Virus record (IMG/VR): IMGVR_UViG_3300032116_013561
DNA length: 64,000 nucleotides
Source of the DNA: an uncultured virus (IMG/VR IMGVR_UViG_3300032116_013561)
Taxonomy: Duplodnaviria > Heunggongvirae > Uroviricota > Caudoviricetes
Strand: one strand, 5' to 3'
Shown: piece by piece, positions 47,080-56,051 of the stretch
How positions within the stretch are numbered: position 1 is the stretch's first letter
Layout of the letters: each line of letters begins with the position of its first letter
Translations under genes and position numbers: made by a program
Notes under the pieces: model-generated
What the model saw: only the letters and a program-made list of their open reading frames with translations
Told to the model about the DNA's origin: nothing
The model's database searches: none

Positions 47080-49658
47080 TATTGTATTCTTATTTTAATA
47101 GTTTTACCATCTTTATTTACCGCTTCGTTTCCAGCAATAGAAACCAAACCTAAAGAGTTATCCAATTGTTGTTTTAATTTGAACGTAAGTTGATATTCGG
47201 TAGTACCATCTAATAATTCACCACCAGTATTAAGAGAACCTAAATTAATAAATGTTCCTCTATCATTTGCGAAGTTTATAGGTGAGCCTGTTGTTTTGTA
47301 TTTTGTTGAAGATAACGTAATTAAAGAGTTATCATAATTTATTTGGAATTGAGTACCAACAATAGAATTTATATTTGGATTGAATTTAATAGTTGCAATT
47401 AAACTATCTCCAACTATTTGCGAGATAATATATGCAGTTGGTTCACCATTTACACTCATACTTCTTTCACCAAAGTTTGCTGACATTGTTGTTATACCAT
47501 TTGAAGGTGGAGTTGCTGAGTGTGATAAGTTTACATCACCTTTCCAAGTTACTGCTAAATTGTATGTGTAATTTATTTTACCATCCAATAAACTGAATCC
47601 ATACTCTTTACCTAAATAAGATGGAAAATCTTTCCAATTAGATTTACCAATAGTTGCATAAGTTGAATCTAAAACTATTTTCATTGTATTATCCAATGTG
47701 TAGTTATCCACTAAGTTTTTAGCACCTGTTAAGTTTTGTAATAATCTAAAACAATCCGCTTCATTGAATACACCATTATCATCAATATCCGCATTTTTGA
47801 ATTGCATACCATAAGTGAATTGCGTTCCACTACCACCACCAAATATACCACCAGCTTCTGCCAATTCCTTAAATGCTAAATAAACATCCGATACAGTAAC
47901 TATACTATTGTAAAGTGTTTTAAGTTGTACTGAATCATAATTTTGAAATTGGAATTTATGTTGTTTGTAAGTACCATTTTGTGCAAAAGAAATATTAGAC
48001 ATAAAAGCCCAATTATTATTTCCAGCATTTCTTATTGATGAATTAAATGCCGAAGTTCCATCGGTAACTTTTGTAAGTGTTGATGGAACAACATAATGTG
48101 CCCAATATGCAGATGTTTGTTGATATGTTACAGGCCCATCATAACAATCCAATATTTTAACTTTAGATATTGTTGATGGTTGTGTACTTCCAAATCTAGT
48201 TAAATCAATATAAAGAGTTGTAACACCATTTGAAATATTAACATAAGAAAATTCTGCTTGTCCAGTTGTTATGGTTGCTTTGTAGGATGATGGTTCGTTT
48301 ACAAATTGATAACTCAATCCCCATGCTCCCCAACTATCTGATGTTACACCATTTTGTGTTGATGCTGGATAATCATTTAATCCCTCAACTATTTTAATGT
48401 AAACATCTTTTGTTTGTCCGGCAGTTATTACCCCAGCATGCACAGCTGCTTTTGGAATATATGAATCGTTTGTGTATATGTTTGTTCCCCAAATTGTACC
48501 ACCTGTATTACCTGTTATGGTCATTTTGTATATCTTACCTATATCGGTTTCACTATATGCAGTCATATCATTTGCGGTTGCTATTGATATTGCAGATGAA
48601 AATAGTTTTGCAGTATCTAATTGTTCAGAAAGAGTTACTCTACCTAAACCATTTAATGTTTTATATGTATTTCCCGTCCATGCCGATGTGGAGTTGTTTC
48701 TTTTGAATATCGTTCCTAAAAATTTAGTTTCATCAATATTACCACCAAAGTTAAAATTAAATTGACCTACCAAATTTAAGTTAGGTCCATTTGTATTAAT
48801 AACACTATTATTGTAGAATTCAGTAAAAGTTTGGTCATCAGGATTTGTCCATGTTCCATACTCAATTACATACGGATTATTATAGTTAGAATTCAAATCG
48901 TTCCATTGAGAACCACCCCATTTAGTTACCGCATAATCTTCGTTTCCACCCCAGTTATTTGGTTCACCACCTGCCCAATTGTTATAAACACCTTGCTGAT
49001 TTGTTGTACCTATTCTTACGATAGTACCTTTTTCAGGTCCATCATCTATTCTCCAAGTTCCTTCGGTTATTGAATCCGTTAATGCAAACCATATGTTAGA
49101 TTGTGGTACATTATTAAAAATAAATAAATCCTCATCTGAAGAAGTTATAGTTACCAAATACCCTCTTTGCCCTTTGAATGTTGTTGCAGCTGCGTTTATT
49201 TTAGATTGTGAATAAAACACACCGGTTGATATTGGTCTATAAAAGTGTCCATTTGTTGGAAGATAAAAATATCCAGTTGGGTTTACAGTTGCAGATACCG
49301 ATATTTGAACATTACCTGCGGTACCTGTTGTGTTTACTTTTAGAGATGCTAATGCGTTGTTAATGTTAGCTTGAGTACCCGTAAAAGTTAAACGAGTTTT
49401 ATTACCGGTCAAAGTATATCCAATGGATGCGGTAAGACCCGTTGTAGTTGTTATGTAAAACGTAGTTCCAGTTGGAGCAACAGGTAAACCAATAGCACAT
49501 AGTAAAACATCAGTAGAATTAAATCCACTTAAACTAAAACCGCTTGCATTTTGTGCAGATGTGTTTACCGTAAACTCTTTAGGGTCTGGTGCATTTACCT
49601 GCTGACCAAACCCTAAAGATACAATTAAAGATAATAATAGTGTTAATAATATTCTCAT
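47079..49658 (-). CDS. Secreted adhesin-like protein: Ig/cadherin-like, C-type lectin, LCCL, dockerin-like and cohesin-like domains
   Basis: Signal GFG|Q; FTGTQANINNALASL; NGHFY...GYLVTITS...NNWAGGEPNN...WND; IWGTNIYTNDSYIPKAAVHAGVI; VTVSDV...ADIDDNGVFNEAD; GDVNLSHS; GTQFQINYDNSLI. Confidence 0.75.
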   Translation of the reverse strand: MRILLTLLLSLIVSLGFGQQVNAPDPKEFTVNTSAQNASGFSLSGFNSTDVLLCAIGLPVAPTGTTFYITTTTGLTASIGYTLTGNKTRLTFTGTQANINNALASLKVNTTGTAGNVQISVSATVNPTGYFYLPTNGHFYRPISTGVFYSQSKINAAATTFKGQRGYLVTITSSDEDLFIFNNVPQSNIWFALTDSITEGTWRIDDGPEKGTIVRIGTTNQQGVYNNWAGGEPNNWGGNEDYAVTKWGGSQWNDLNSNYNNPYVIEYGTWTNPDDQTFTEFYNNSVINTNGPNLNLVGQFNFNFGGNIDETKFLGTIFKRNNSTSAWTGNTYKTLNGLGRVTLSEQLDTAKLFSSAISIATANDMTAYSETDIGKIYKMTITGNTGGTIWGTNIYTNDSYIPKAAVHAGVITAGQTKDVYIKIVEGLNDYPASTQNGVTSDSWGAWGLSYQFVNEPSSYKATITTGQAEFSYVNISNGVTTLYIDLTRFGSTQPSTISKVKILDCYDGPVTYQQTSAYWAHYVVPSTLTKVTDGTSAFNSSIRNAGNNNWAFMSNISFAQNGTYKQHKFQFQNYDSVQLKTLYNSIVTVSDVYLAFKELAEAGGIFGGGSGTQFTYGMQFKNADIDDNGVFNEADCFRLLQNLTGAKNLVDNYTLDNTMKIVLDSTYATIGKSNWKDFPSYLGKEYGFSLLDGKINYTYNLAVTWKGDVNLSHSATPPSNGITTMSANFGERSMSVNGEPTAYIISQIVGDSLIATIKFNPNINSIVGTQFQINYDNSLITLSSTKYKTTGSPINFANDRGTFINLGSLNTGGELLDGTTEYQLTFKLKQQLDNSLGLVSIAGNEAVNKDGKTIKIRIQ

Positions 49659-51316
49659 TATTCAATTACAAGTTCTACTTTCTTTCCATTAGCATCTACC
49701 GCATCGGCTAACACAAAGAAGAATAAACCTGCAGTGTTGCTTAATGGAACTTTTGGATTAAATATTAATTTATATGGAGTACCAGTTTTGATTCTAGCTG
49801 TCTTTTGTTGGTCAATAGAACCAAATGTCAATCTACCATTATCCTTTGTTGAGAAGTTTGTGATAGTTGAACCAGAATCAAATATGATATTTTCCAAATC
49901 TAATTTTGTTGAATCGTAGTTCATAATAACTTGCAAACCTGCTAAACCTTCTTTAGTTAAGTTTGTGGTAAGAACTACTTTACCATTTTGTATTGTAGAT
50001 GCTACACCCAATTTAACTTCTTCTAATACAGACTCATTATAAGAGTTACTCATATTAGATGTCATAGCCATAGTTTTAATTTCACCAATTGTTAAATCGT
50101 TTGATTTATTAGTAAAGATACCAGCTGCTATTCTTGATGCGATTGTATCAGGATGAGATGAATGTGACCAATCTAAGTCACCACCCCATGCGAATACAGC
50201 ATCTACAGTTTGTGTAGGTTGTGTCACATAAACTCTATATTTTGAAGTACCATCTAACCAACTTTGATTTAATAAACCACTATGCCATCTCCAAGAAGTT
50301 GCGGTAGAAGTTGGAATGAAAGCGTTTGCTGATACATCAACTCCCATTACATGCGCAAATGAATAGTATGCATCTGCTTCAGTAAATACGGCATCGTTCT
50401 TAGTAATATTACCAACTTTCTTTTCTAAGTTTGGTCTTGTGAAGTAAGTAGTGTTACCACTTAAATCAGTTTGTGAAATACCTAAGAATGATTTATATGC
50501 ATCAGATACAGTCACCACATTATTCATCCAAGTCTTAGATGATGCATTTGCTACAAATACGCCTAAACTATCACCAACTCTGATACCTGATGTAAATATT
50601 GCTTCACCACTACCATCTAATGCTCTTTGTGCAATAGGTTGTTGTGACCAATCTATATCACCAGTACCATCGGTTTTTAATCTCATTAATTGAACGTTAT
50701 GGTCACCAATGTTATATCCAGAAGGGAATAGAACTCTTACTTTGAAATAAGAAGTATTACCAGTTACACCAGTTATTGTTGTTGGACCAGCTGTTGTTCT
50801 AATGAATGGAATATTTGCTCCACTAGCACTATCAGTTGCGTAAGATAGGTTTAACTTAAAAATACCAGCATAAGTGTTTTGGTCTTTAAGAATATACTTT
50901 TGAGTTGCCACTACACCATTTACGCTTTGGTCTACTCTTTGAACTGCAATCTGTCCAACATTCCAATCGTTGTTTACAGCATATCCCCAAGGTGTAGAGC
51001 CATATTGTGCATATAAAGATGTATCTGCGATGTTTGCAGCTGCAGTAAACTTATAGTTGTTCCAACTTGTGTAATAAGTTTGTGATTGATTACCCTGTGA
51101 GAAGGTTGTGGAAACATAAGTTAAAGCCTTATTATTGTAGTCATATCTTAACCAAAAATAACGTGGCTTAGTTGTTCCCTTATCTACCGTATAAGTTACA
51201 GTGATTGTATCCCCTACTCTATAAGGTCCTGCTGAAACTGATTGGTTGACAATTATTTGAGCTTTTGCTGCAAAGCTTATTAAAACTGCCGCTACTAAGG
51301 TTAATATTCTTTTCAT
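49658..51316 (-). CDS. Secreted protein: cohesin-like, dockerin-like, cohesin-like
   Basis: Signal MKRILTL...AKA|Q (start refined to 51316); LRYDYNNKALTYVST; VTVSDA...GNITKNDAVFTEAD; GGDLDWSHS; GLAGLQVIMNYDSTKLDL. Confidence 0.7.
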   Translation of the reverse strand: MKRILTLVAAVLISFAAKAQIIVNQSVSAGPYRVGDTITVTYTVDKGTTKPRYFWLRYDYNNKALTYVSTTFSQGNQSQTYYTSWNNYKFTAAANIADTSLYAQYGSTPWGYAVNNDWNVGQIAVQRVDQSVNGVVATQKYILKDQNTYAGIFKLNLSYATDSASGANIPFIRTTAGPTTITGVTGNTSYFKVRVLFPSGYNIGDHNVQLMRLKTDGTGDIDWSQQPIAQRALDGSGEAIFTSGIRVGDSLGVFVANASSKTWMNNVVTVSDAYKSFLGISQTDLSGNTTYFTRPNLEKKVGNITKNDAVFTEADAYYSFAHVMGVDVSANAFIPTSTATSWRWHSGLLNQSWLDGTSKYRVYVTQPTQTVDAVFAWGGDLDWSHSSHPDTIASRIAAGIFTNKSNDLTIGEIKTMAMTSNMSNSYNESVLEEVKLGVASTIQNGKVVLTTNLTKEGLAGLQVIMNYDSTKLDLENIIFDSGSTITNFSTKDNGRLTFGSIDQQKTARIKTGTPYKLIFNPKVPLSNTAGLFFFVLADAVDANGKKVELVIE

Positions 51317-51317
51317 A

Positions 51318-51974
51318 TTATTTTGCTTTTCCACCGAATAGCTTAGTAATCAACTTATCCGATGCTTTTTTAAGTGCGTTAGATAATGAAGTTTGATTGA
51401 ATTTACCACCCTGGTCTACAATAAGTGTGGACATTGATATTTCAGATGAAGATTCTTCAACTACAACTTCTTTTTCTTTTTTGCCATCTTTGTAAAGTAT
51501 TCCCTGTAAACGAACAACCACTTCTTCTTCTCCTTTATGGAATACTGAAATGTTTGTCTTTGTAGATAGAACATCCAAATACACAATATTAACTTTTAAT
51601 TTATATTGTGCATTTTCATTTAGGTCATATCCTTTTTCTTGAAGGAATTCCTCTAAGATATTTTTAACACCAAATGCCAAATTTCTATTGCCGGCTAGCT
51701 TACCAATTTTAACTTGGTTGTCTACACCTTCAACCCAAATGTGGTCTTCGGCTTGGTAATTAATGTTCGCAGGATTATCGGAAAACCTGCCATCAAAACG
51801 AATTGTTAGTTCGTGTGTAATTTTGTCAATTAGTTGTTCATTACCTGAGAAGGTTAAGAACACCATAAAAACTTGGAACAGGAATGCTAAACCTATGAAG
51901 GTAAGCACACCAGTAAGAAACGCTTTGAACAAAAACTCTTTTAAGTTCAAAACCTGAGATTTAATGTATTGCAT
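51318..51974 (-). CDS. Membrane-anchored CsgG/TolB-N-like fold protein
   Basis: N-terminal TM; GVKNILEEFL and KFNQTSLSNALKKA parallel GVANIVLEYL and KFNQSTISISTKKA in the CsgG-like protein. Confidence 0.5.
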   Translation of the reverse strand: MQYIKSQVLNLKEFLFKAFLTGVLTFIGLAFLFQVFMVFLTFSGNEQLIDKITHELTIRFDGRFSDNPANINYQAEDHIWVEGVDNQVKIGKLAGNRNLAFGVKNILEEFLQEKGYDLNENAQYKLKVNIVYLDVLSTKTNISVFHKGEEEVVVRLQGILYKDGKKEKEVVVEESSSEISMSTLIVDQGGKFNQTSLSNALKKASDKLITKLFGGKAK

Positions 51975-52072
51975 GAGTATATCAGCTTATTATGTTAGTA
52001 TAACAAGTTAGATAACACTTGCGGAAACCAATAAACGGAACAAATAGGAAATAACGTACTAAAGCAAAACAA

Positions 52073-52118
52073 TTAGATACTAAAATGGGTATCTAAGCAT
52101 AAATATTAGATACCCATT
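52073..52118 (-). promoter_or_regulatory. 13-bp inverted repeat enclosing the late-type promoter, with an alternative pairing arm
   Basis: + strand AATGGGTATCTAA-GCATAAATA-TTAGATACCCATT; another TTAGATAC copy at 52073-52080. Confidence 0.7.
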
Positions 52119-52145
52119 AATTACTAACTTTTTTAAGTAAAATTA

Positions 52146-52511
52146 CTATAAATTTTTCAACTTATAGAGTGTAGAATATATTAATTTTTCAACATTATCA
52201 ACTTCGTTCTGAATCCAGCTAGCTGATAATTCTTCTGATTTTCTATTAGTTTGTACAAATTTTAACAGGTCTTCAAAATAAGCGATGATGTTCTCAATAG
52301 ATGCATCATTGTCAATTCCTTTTACTGCTTTGAATTCAATCAAACCAGCCATTCCTTGATAACCCTCTACCAAACCATCTATCATCCCTACAATACCATC
52401 GTAGTACCCTTCTAAAGCAAGATGCGGAGCTAATCCATTAGGAGATACCCTTAAATGGAATACGTGAGCCTGTGTACGGCTGTGTAATAACATTGAAGCT
52501 AAATCTGTCAT
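52146..52511 (-). CDS. Dps/ferritin-like protein
   Basis: QAHVFHL...HLALEGYYDGIVGMIDGLVEGYQG...IQNEVD...YKLKNL. Confidence 0.75.
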   Translation of the reverse strand: MTDLASMLLHSRTQAHVFHLRVSPNGLAPHLALEGYYDGIVGMIDGLVEGYQGMAGLIEFKAVKGIDNDASIENIIAYFEDLLKFVQTNRKSEELSASWIQNEVDNVEKLIYSTLYKLKNL

Positions 52512-52529
52512 AATATAATCCTTTATAGA

Positions 52530-53252
52530 TTATAAATATTCTTCTTCCCAAAAATCGTTATTTGGAGATTTAATCATTCCGTGGTCTAAGTAATCGTTTA
52601 ACATCTTTACCTGATGTTTTTTCATTTCGTTTACCACTTTTGTAATGTAGTGAGTCTTACAATCTGTCATTTCTCGGATTAGTAAATATAGGTGTTTCTT
52701 ATTAAAATTTTCTATATACCTACTTCTACGGAATAATTCTAAAACAGCATCTGCAATTTGAATATCTCTTTTCTTTGTAAAAACTCTTGTCAAATTTTGG
52801 TCCCAATATTTTAACATTAATTCTTTGAATTCTACAAACTCATTTCCTTGTTCTACTTCTCTAAAATCATCTTCTGGATTCCAGCTTTCGGGCATTTCAG
52901 AAAGTAGTGCTGTTTTTTTGAAACGTTTGTAGTTGCTATTATTTTTTAGAATCAAATGGTTTTTAGCAACAATAGAAAAATAAGAGAATGCTTTACCCTT
53001 ACCTTCTTGGAACATATGTATTTTTTCAATTAGTGTAGATACCACTTCCATTTGTACATCTTCCTTACTTACATCAAAATAAGAAAATTTGAAAGTATTA
53101 AGAATATTTTCTGCTAATTTCTCAAATGGATATTTTATACTTTCTTCGTAAATTTTATTTCTGATTTTTATATCGGTTGTTTTATTATATTCAATAATTG
53201 CTTTTTCAGTATCTATTGTAAAATAAACTCTGTCTTTCTTTTTTCTTGGCAT
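52530..53252 (-). CDS. Phage sigma-factor-like protein (T4 gp55-like late sigma)
   Basis: KLAENILNTFKFSYF...EDVQMEVVSTLIEKIHMFQEGKGKAFSYFSIVAKNHL resembles sigma region 2 of gp55-type factors. Confidence 0.65.
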   Translation of the reverse strand: MPRKKKDRVYFTIDTEKAIIEYNKTTDIKIRNKIYEESIKYPFEKLAENILNTFKFSYFDVSKEDVQMEVVSTLIEKIHMFQEGKGKAFSYFSIVAKNHLILKNNSNYKRFKKTALLSEMPESWNPEDDFREVEQGNEFVEFKELMLKYWDQNLTRVFTKKRDIQIADAVLELFRRSRYIENFNKKHLYLLIREMTDCKTHYITKVVNEMKKHQVKMLNDYLDHGMIKSPNNDFWEEEYL

Positions 53253-53254
53253 GA

Positions 53255-53542
53255 TTAGATTTCATTTTTGTAAGTTTCAATTGTGTTCTTTAATTCAGAG
53301 AACACAGCTCCAACTTCGTCATCTGATTCAAATGAACCTCTAATATCAATATCTCTCATCATTTGCAACATAGTTTCTAATTTTTCTTGAGTTTGTAATT
53401 GTTTATCTTCATAAACATTAATTACATCTTTTAATTGTTCATTTTGTTTTACAAAATTAATACCTCTGATAAGAAGTAATATATTGAATATTATTGAAGC
53501 TGGTAATAATATTATTAATAAAAAACCTATTAAATAATCCAT
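53255..53542 (-). CDS. Membrane-anchored coiled-coil protein
   Basis: N-terminal TM; GSFESDDEVG. Confidence 0.6.
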   Translation of the reverse strand: MDYLIGFLLIILLPASIIFNILLLIRGINFVKQNEQLKDVINVYEDKQLQTQEKLETMLQMMRDIDIRGSFESDDEVGAVFSELKNTIETYKNEI

Positions 53543-53560
53543 AAATTTTTAGTTATTATA

Positions 53561-53592
53561 CAAATATACAACAATTTTTTGATAATTCCAAA
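53561..53592 (-). promoter_or_regulatory. Bacteroidota housekeeping-sigma-type promoter for the unit containing the sigma-like gene
   Basis: Minus strand TTTG-N20-TATATTTG, perfect consensus. Confidence 0.8.
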
Positions 53593-53593
53593 T

Positions 53594-53820
53594 TTAAGCC
53601 TCAGCAATTGGATTACCAAAAAGGTTAAATGGAATATCCATTTCTGTATGTTCTTTTTGTGCTTTTTTTGCTAAATTGTGAAGTTTTTTAATTCTTCTTT
53701 GTACTTTCTTTTCTAACTTACCATAATCAATTACTTCCAATTCATTCAATTCTTCAATAAGAGAATCCAAAGTAATTTTAAGTGCAAGTATATTTTCTTG
53801 CTGATGTGTTAGTATTTCTG
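53594..53820 (-). CDS. Hypothetical protein (ORF track 53594-53848; true start uncertain, possibly MEAKTIAE near 53839)
   Basis: Co-directional helical ORF. Confidence 0.5.
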
Positions 53821-53840
53821 CTATTGTTTTTGCTTCCATA

Positions 53841-54107
53841 TTATACATAGGAGCCTGAATATAAGGCTTGTAGGTTTTGTGTTAATTCGTAATCTAATTC
53901 TCTTTTATATTCGTGCCCAAAAGCCTTCTTAATAGATATATTTGTATAACCCATTGCCCCTGCCATTCTCATACATATTCTTTTATACTCCCAAATATCC
54001 AAATCATCAGGAACAGTAAACTCAATTTTAGAAGCTTCTCTATTTTCTTCGTTGGTAGTGATAAATATAAATCTTGCCATTTTTTTAGAGTTTAGATTAA
54101 TTGCCAA
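53841..54107 (-). CDS. Hypothetical protein
   Basis: Co-directional ORF; likely starts at MARFIF. Confidence 0.55.
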   Translation of the reverse strand: MAINLNSKKMARFIFITTNEENREASKIEFTVPDDLDIWEYKRICMRMAGAMGYTNISIKKAFGHEYKRELDYELTQNLQALYSGSYV

Positions 54108-54667
54108 CCCTTTTCGAGATAGGAATCAATCTTTTTACTCTTAACAAATTCCATCTCACCATTTGGTCCCTGCAACATAACTCTTTCGTTGCGTCCAGGT
54201 TCTTTATCCTTTACAATAGTTTCTGAATAAGATCTTGATGGGTGTGTAATATCAATACCATCAATTGCATCTATTGCTCTTTGTACTAAAACACACTCTA
54301 ACAACCCAACATCACCAAAAAACTCATCAGCGTTTTTCCAATCAGTTTTTTCTGCTTTGAATTCAACTTTTCCTAAATTATCAGTTTGTAAAACAATCCA
54401 AGGATAACGAATTGTTTTTCTAACTTTATTCTTTTTAATACTATCTTTTTCAAAGTAAACCAATGGTTTATCAGAAACTTGTAATATTTTAGGATTAATC
54501 AAATTTAATTCATCTTCTTTATTACCCAAACGAATTGTAATAATTCTTTTATCTATACCAACATCGGCACCATTAAATACAAATCCATCTAGGTTAGATA
54601 TTAAAGATTTGTATTCATTATAATCATCTGTGCTTATAATAGATTCTTTAATTTTTTGTACTTTCAT
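54092..54667 (-). CDS. Peptide deformylase-fold protein, catalytically degenerate
   Basis: Scaffold VGIDKRII, LINPKIL, KTIRYPWIV retained; the three PDF motifs read GFVFNGAD, EKDSI and QRAIDAIDG. Confidence 0.65.
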   Translation of the reverse strand: MKVQKIKESIISTDDYNEYKSLISNLDGFVFNGADVGIDKRIITIRLGNKEDELNLINPKILQVSDKPLVYFEKDSIKKNKVRKTIRYPWIVLQTDNLGKVEFKAEKTDWKNADEFFGDVGLLECVLVQRAIDAIDGIDITHPSRSYSETIVKDKEPGRNERVMLQGPNGEMEFVKSKKIDSYLEKGWQLI

Positions 54668-54836
54668 TTTGTTTATTTTTATATTCTTTTATTTTTTCGT
54701 TTATGAAATCTATTGAACGGTCATCTTCAGAATTAAATCCCATATAACCTATATAGTATTTTATGTTTTCAGGATTTTCTTCCAATTCTTTTTTTAGTTC
54801 TTCTAAATTTCTCAAATATTTTGTTATCTTTGTCAT
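54648..54836 (-). CDS. Hypothetical protein (62 aa)
   Basis: TAATG-coupled co-directional ORF. Confidence 0.55.
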   Translation of the reverse strand: MTKITKYLRNLEELKKELEENPENIKYYIGYMGFNSEDDRSIDFINEKIKEYKNKQNESTKN

Positions 54837-55225
54837 TATTCTAAATCACTTGGTTGGTTTCGGTAAATTCTATAACTATCTTCATCAAAGTGTTGTGTAC
54901 TAACTTCAAAGATAGTTGCTCCATCAGTTAATGCGGTTAGTTGATGTGGTAATCCTTTTTTAATTTCAATCACATCACCTTTTTGGATTTGTGTGTAAAG
55001 TCTTTCACCATTTTCAGTATCTAGCCAATCAAACTGAAATGCTCCTTCTTGTACATACCACGTTTCATCTTTAATCATATGATAGTGCATTGAAAATTTA
55101 TCACCACTATTATTGAACACTAATAACTTTCCACAATAATCTTTATCATTATGTATCCACAATTCATATCCCCATTTTTTTTCTACTCTTTTTGGGTGTT
55201 GTATTTTTACATCAAAATTTGCCAT
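54836..55225 (-). CDS. Cupin (mannose-6-phosphate isomerase-like)
   Basis: VEKKWGYELWI, YCGKLL, SMHYHMIKDETWYV, PHQL, FEVSTQHFDEDSYR. Confidence 0.85.
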   Translation of the reverse strand: MANFDVKIQHPKRVEKKWGYELWIHNDKDYCGKLLVFNNSGDKFSMHYHMIKDETWYVQEGAFQFDWLDTENGERLYTQIQKGDVIEIKKGLPHQLTALTDGATIFEVSTQHFDEDSYRIYRNQPSDLE

Positions 55226-55227
55226 AA

Positions 55228-56049
55228 TTAATTACTTAAAGGTGCTTTAATTGTTGGGTGGTGTTGATAACCTTCTAATATAAAATCATCAGGTGTAGCA
55301 CAACATATACCATCTATTTTCACTTCGGTTTTTAGTGTTGGTAGTTCATATGGAGTTCGGCTTAGTTGTTCTTTAGCCTGCTCAATATGATTAGAGTATA
55401 AATGTACATCCCCTAAATTACCAATCAATTCATCAGGTATCATACCACATTCATTTGCTAATATATGAAGTAATAACCCATAAGAAGCAATATTAAAAGG
55501 TAATCCTAAGAATGTATCCACTGAACGTTGATTCCACATTAAGGAAAGATACTTACCTTCTCTAACGTAACATTGAAATCCATAATGACAAGGTGGTAAA
55601 ACCATTTGGTCTAATTCACCTACATTCCAAGCAGATACCATCAATCTTCTACTATCTGGATTTTCTTTTATGGTTCTCACTAAATCATCTATTTGGTCAA
55701 TTCTTCCATTCTTACCATCCCACTTTCTCCATTGTTTACCATAGATAGGTCCTAACTCACCATCAGTTCTTCCACTCTTAGCATAATCACCATCCCATAT
55801 ATGATTGTTATATTTGTGTAAGAAAGCAATATTAGTTTGGCCTGTTAAGAACCAAAGTAGTTCTGAACATACTTGCTTCCATGCTAATTTCTTCGTTGTT
55901 AATGCTGGAAACCCATTCTGCATATTGTGACGTATTTGCCATCCAAAAATAGATTTAGTACCTGTACCGGTTCTATCAGTTTTATCAACACCAAATCTGA
56001 TAATGTGTTCTAATAATTCTTTATATTGTCTATCTATTTCGTTAGCCAT
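55228..56049 (-). CDS. thyA: Thymidylate synthase
   Basis: DRTGTGT, ELLWFL, LGPIYGKQWR, PDSRRLMVSAWN, LPPCH, QRSVDTFLGLPFNIASY, GDVHLYSNH. Confidence 0.97.
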   Translation of the reverse strand: MANEIDRQYKELLEHIIRFGVDKTDRTGTGTKSIFGWQIRHNMQNGFPALTTKKLAWKQVCSELLWFLTGQTNIAFLHKYNNHIWDGDYAKSGRTDGELGPIYGKQWRKWDGKNGRIDQIDDLVRTIKENPDSRRLMVSAWNVGELDQMVLPPCHYGFQCYVREGKYLSLMWNQRSVDTFLGLPFNIASYGLLLHILANECGMIPDELIGNLGDVHLYSNHIEQAKEQLSRTPYELPTLKTEVKIDGICCATPDDFILEGYQHHPTIKAPLSN

Positions 56050-56051
56050 AA

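Noticed and set aside
35338..51974. Envelope block as host chromosomal DNA from a chimeric assembly or prophage flank
   Set aside because: Same strand and similar AT-richness as the rest, phage-type promoters and terminator cassettes inside it, and stop-start coupling to putative head-protein genes. Read-level confirmation is still needed.
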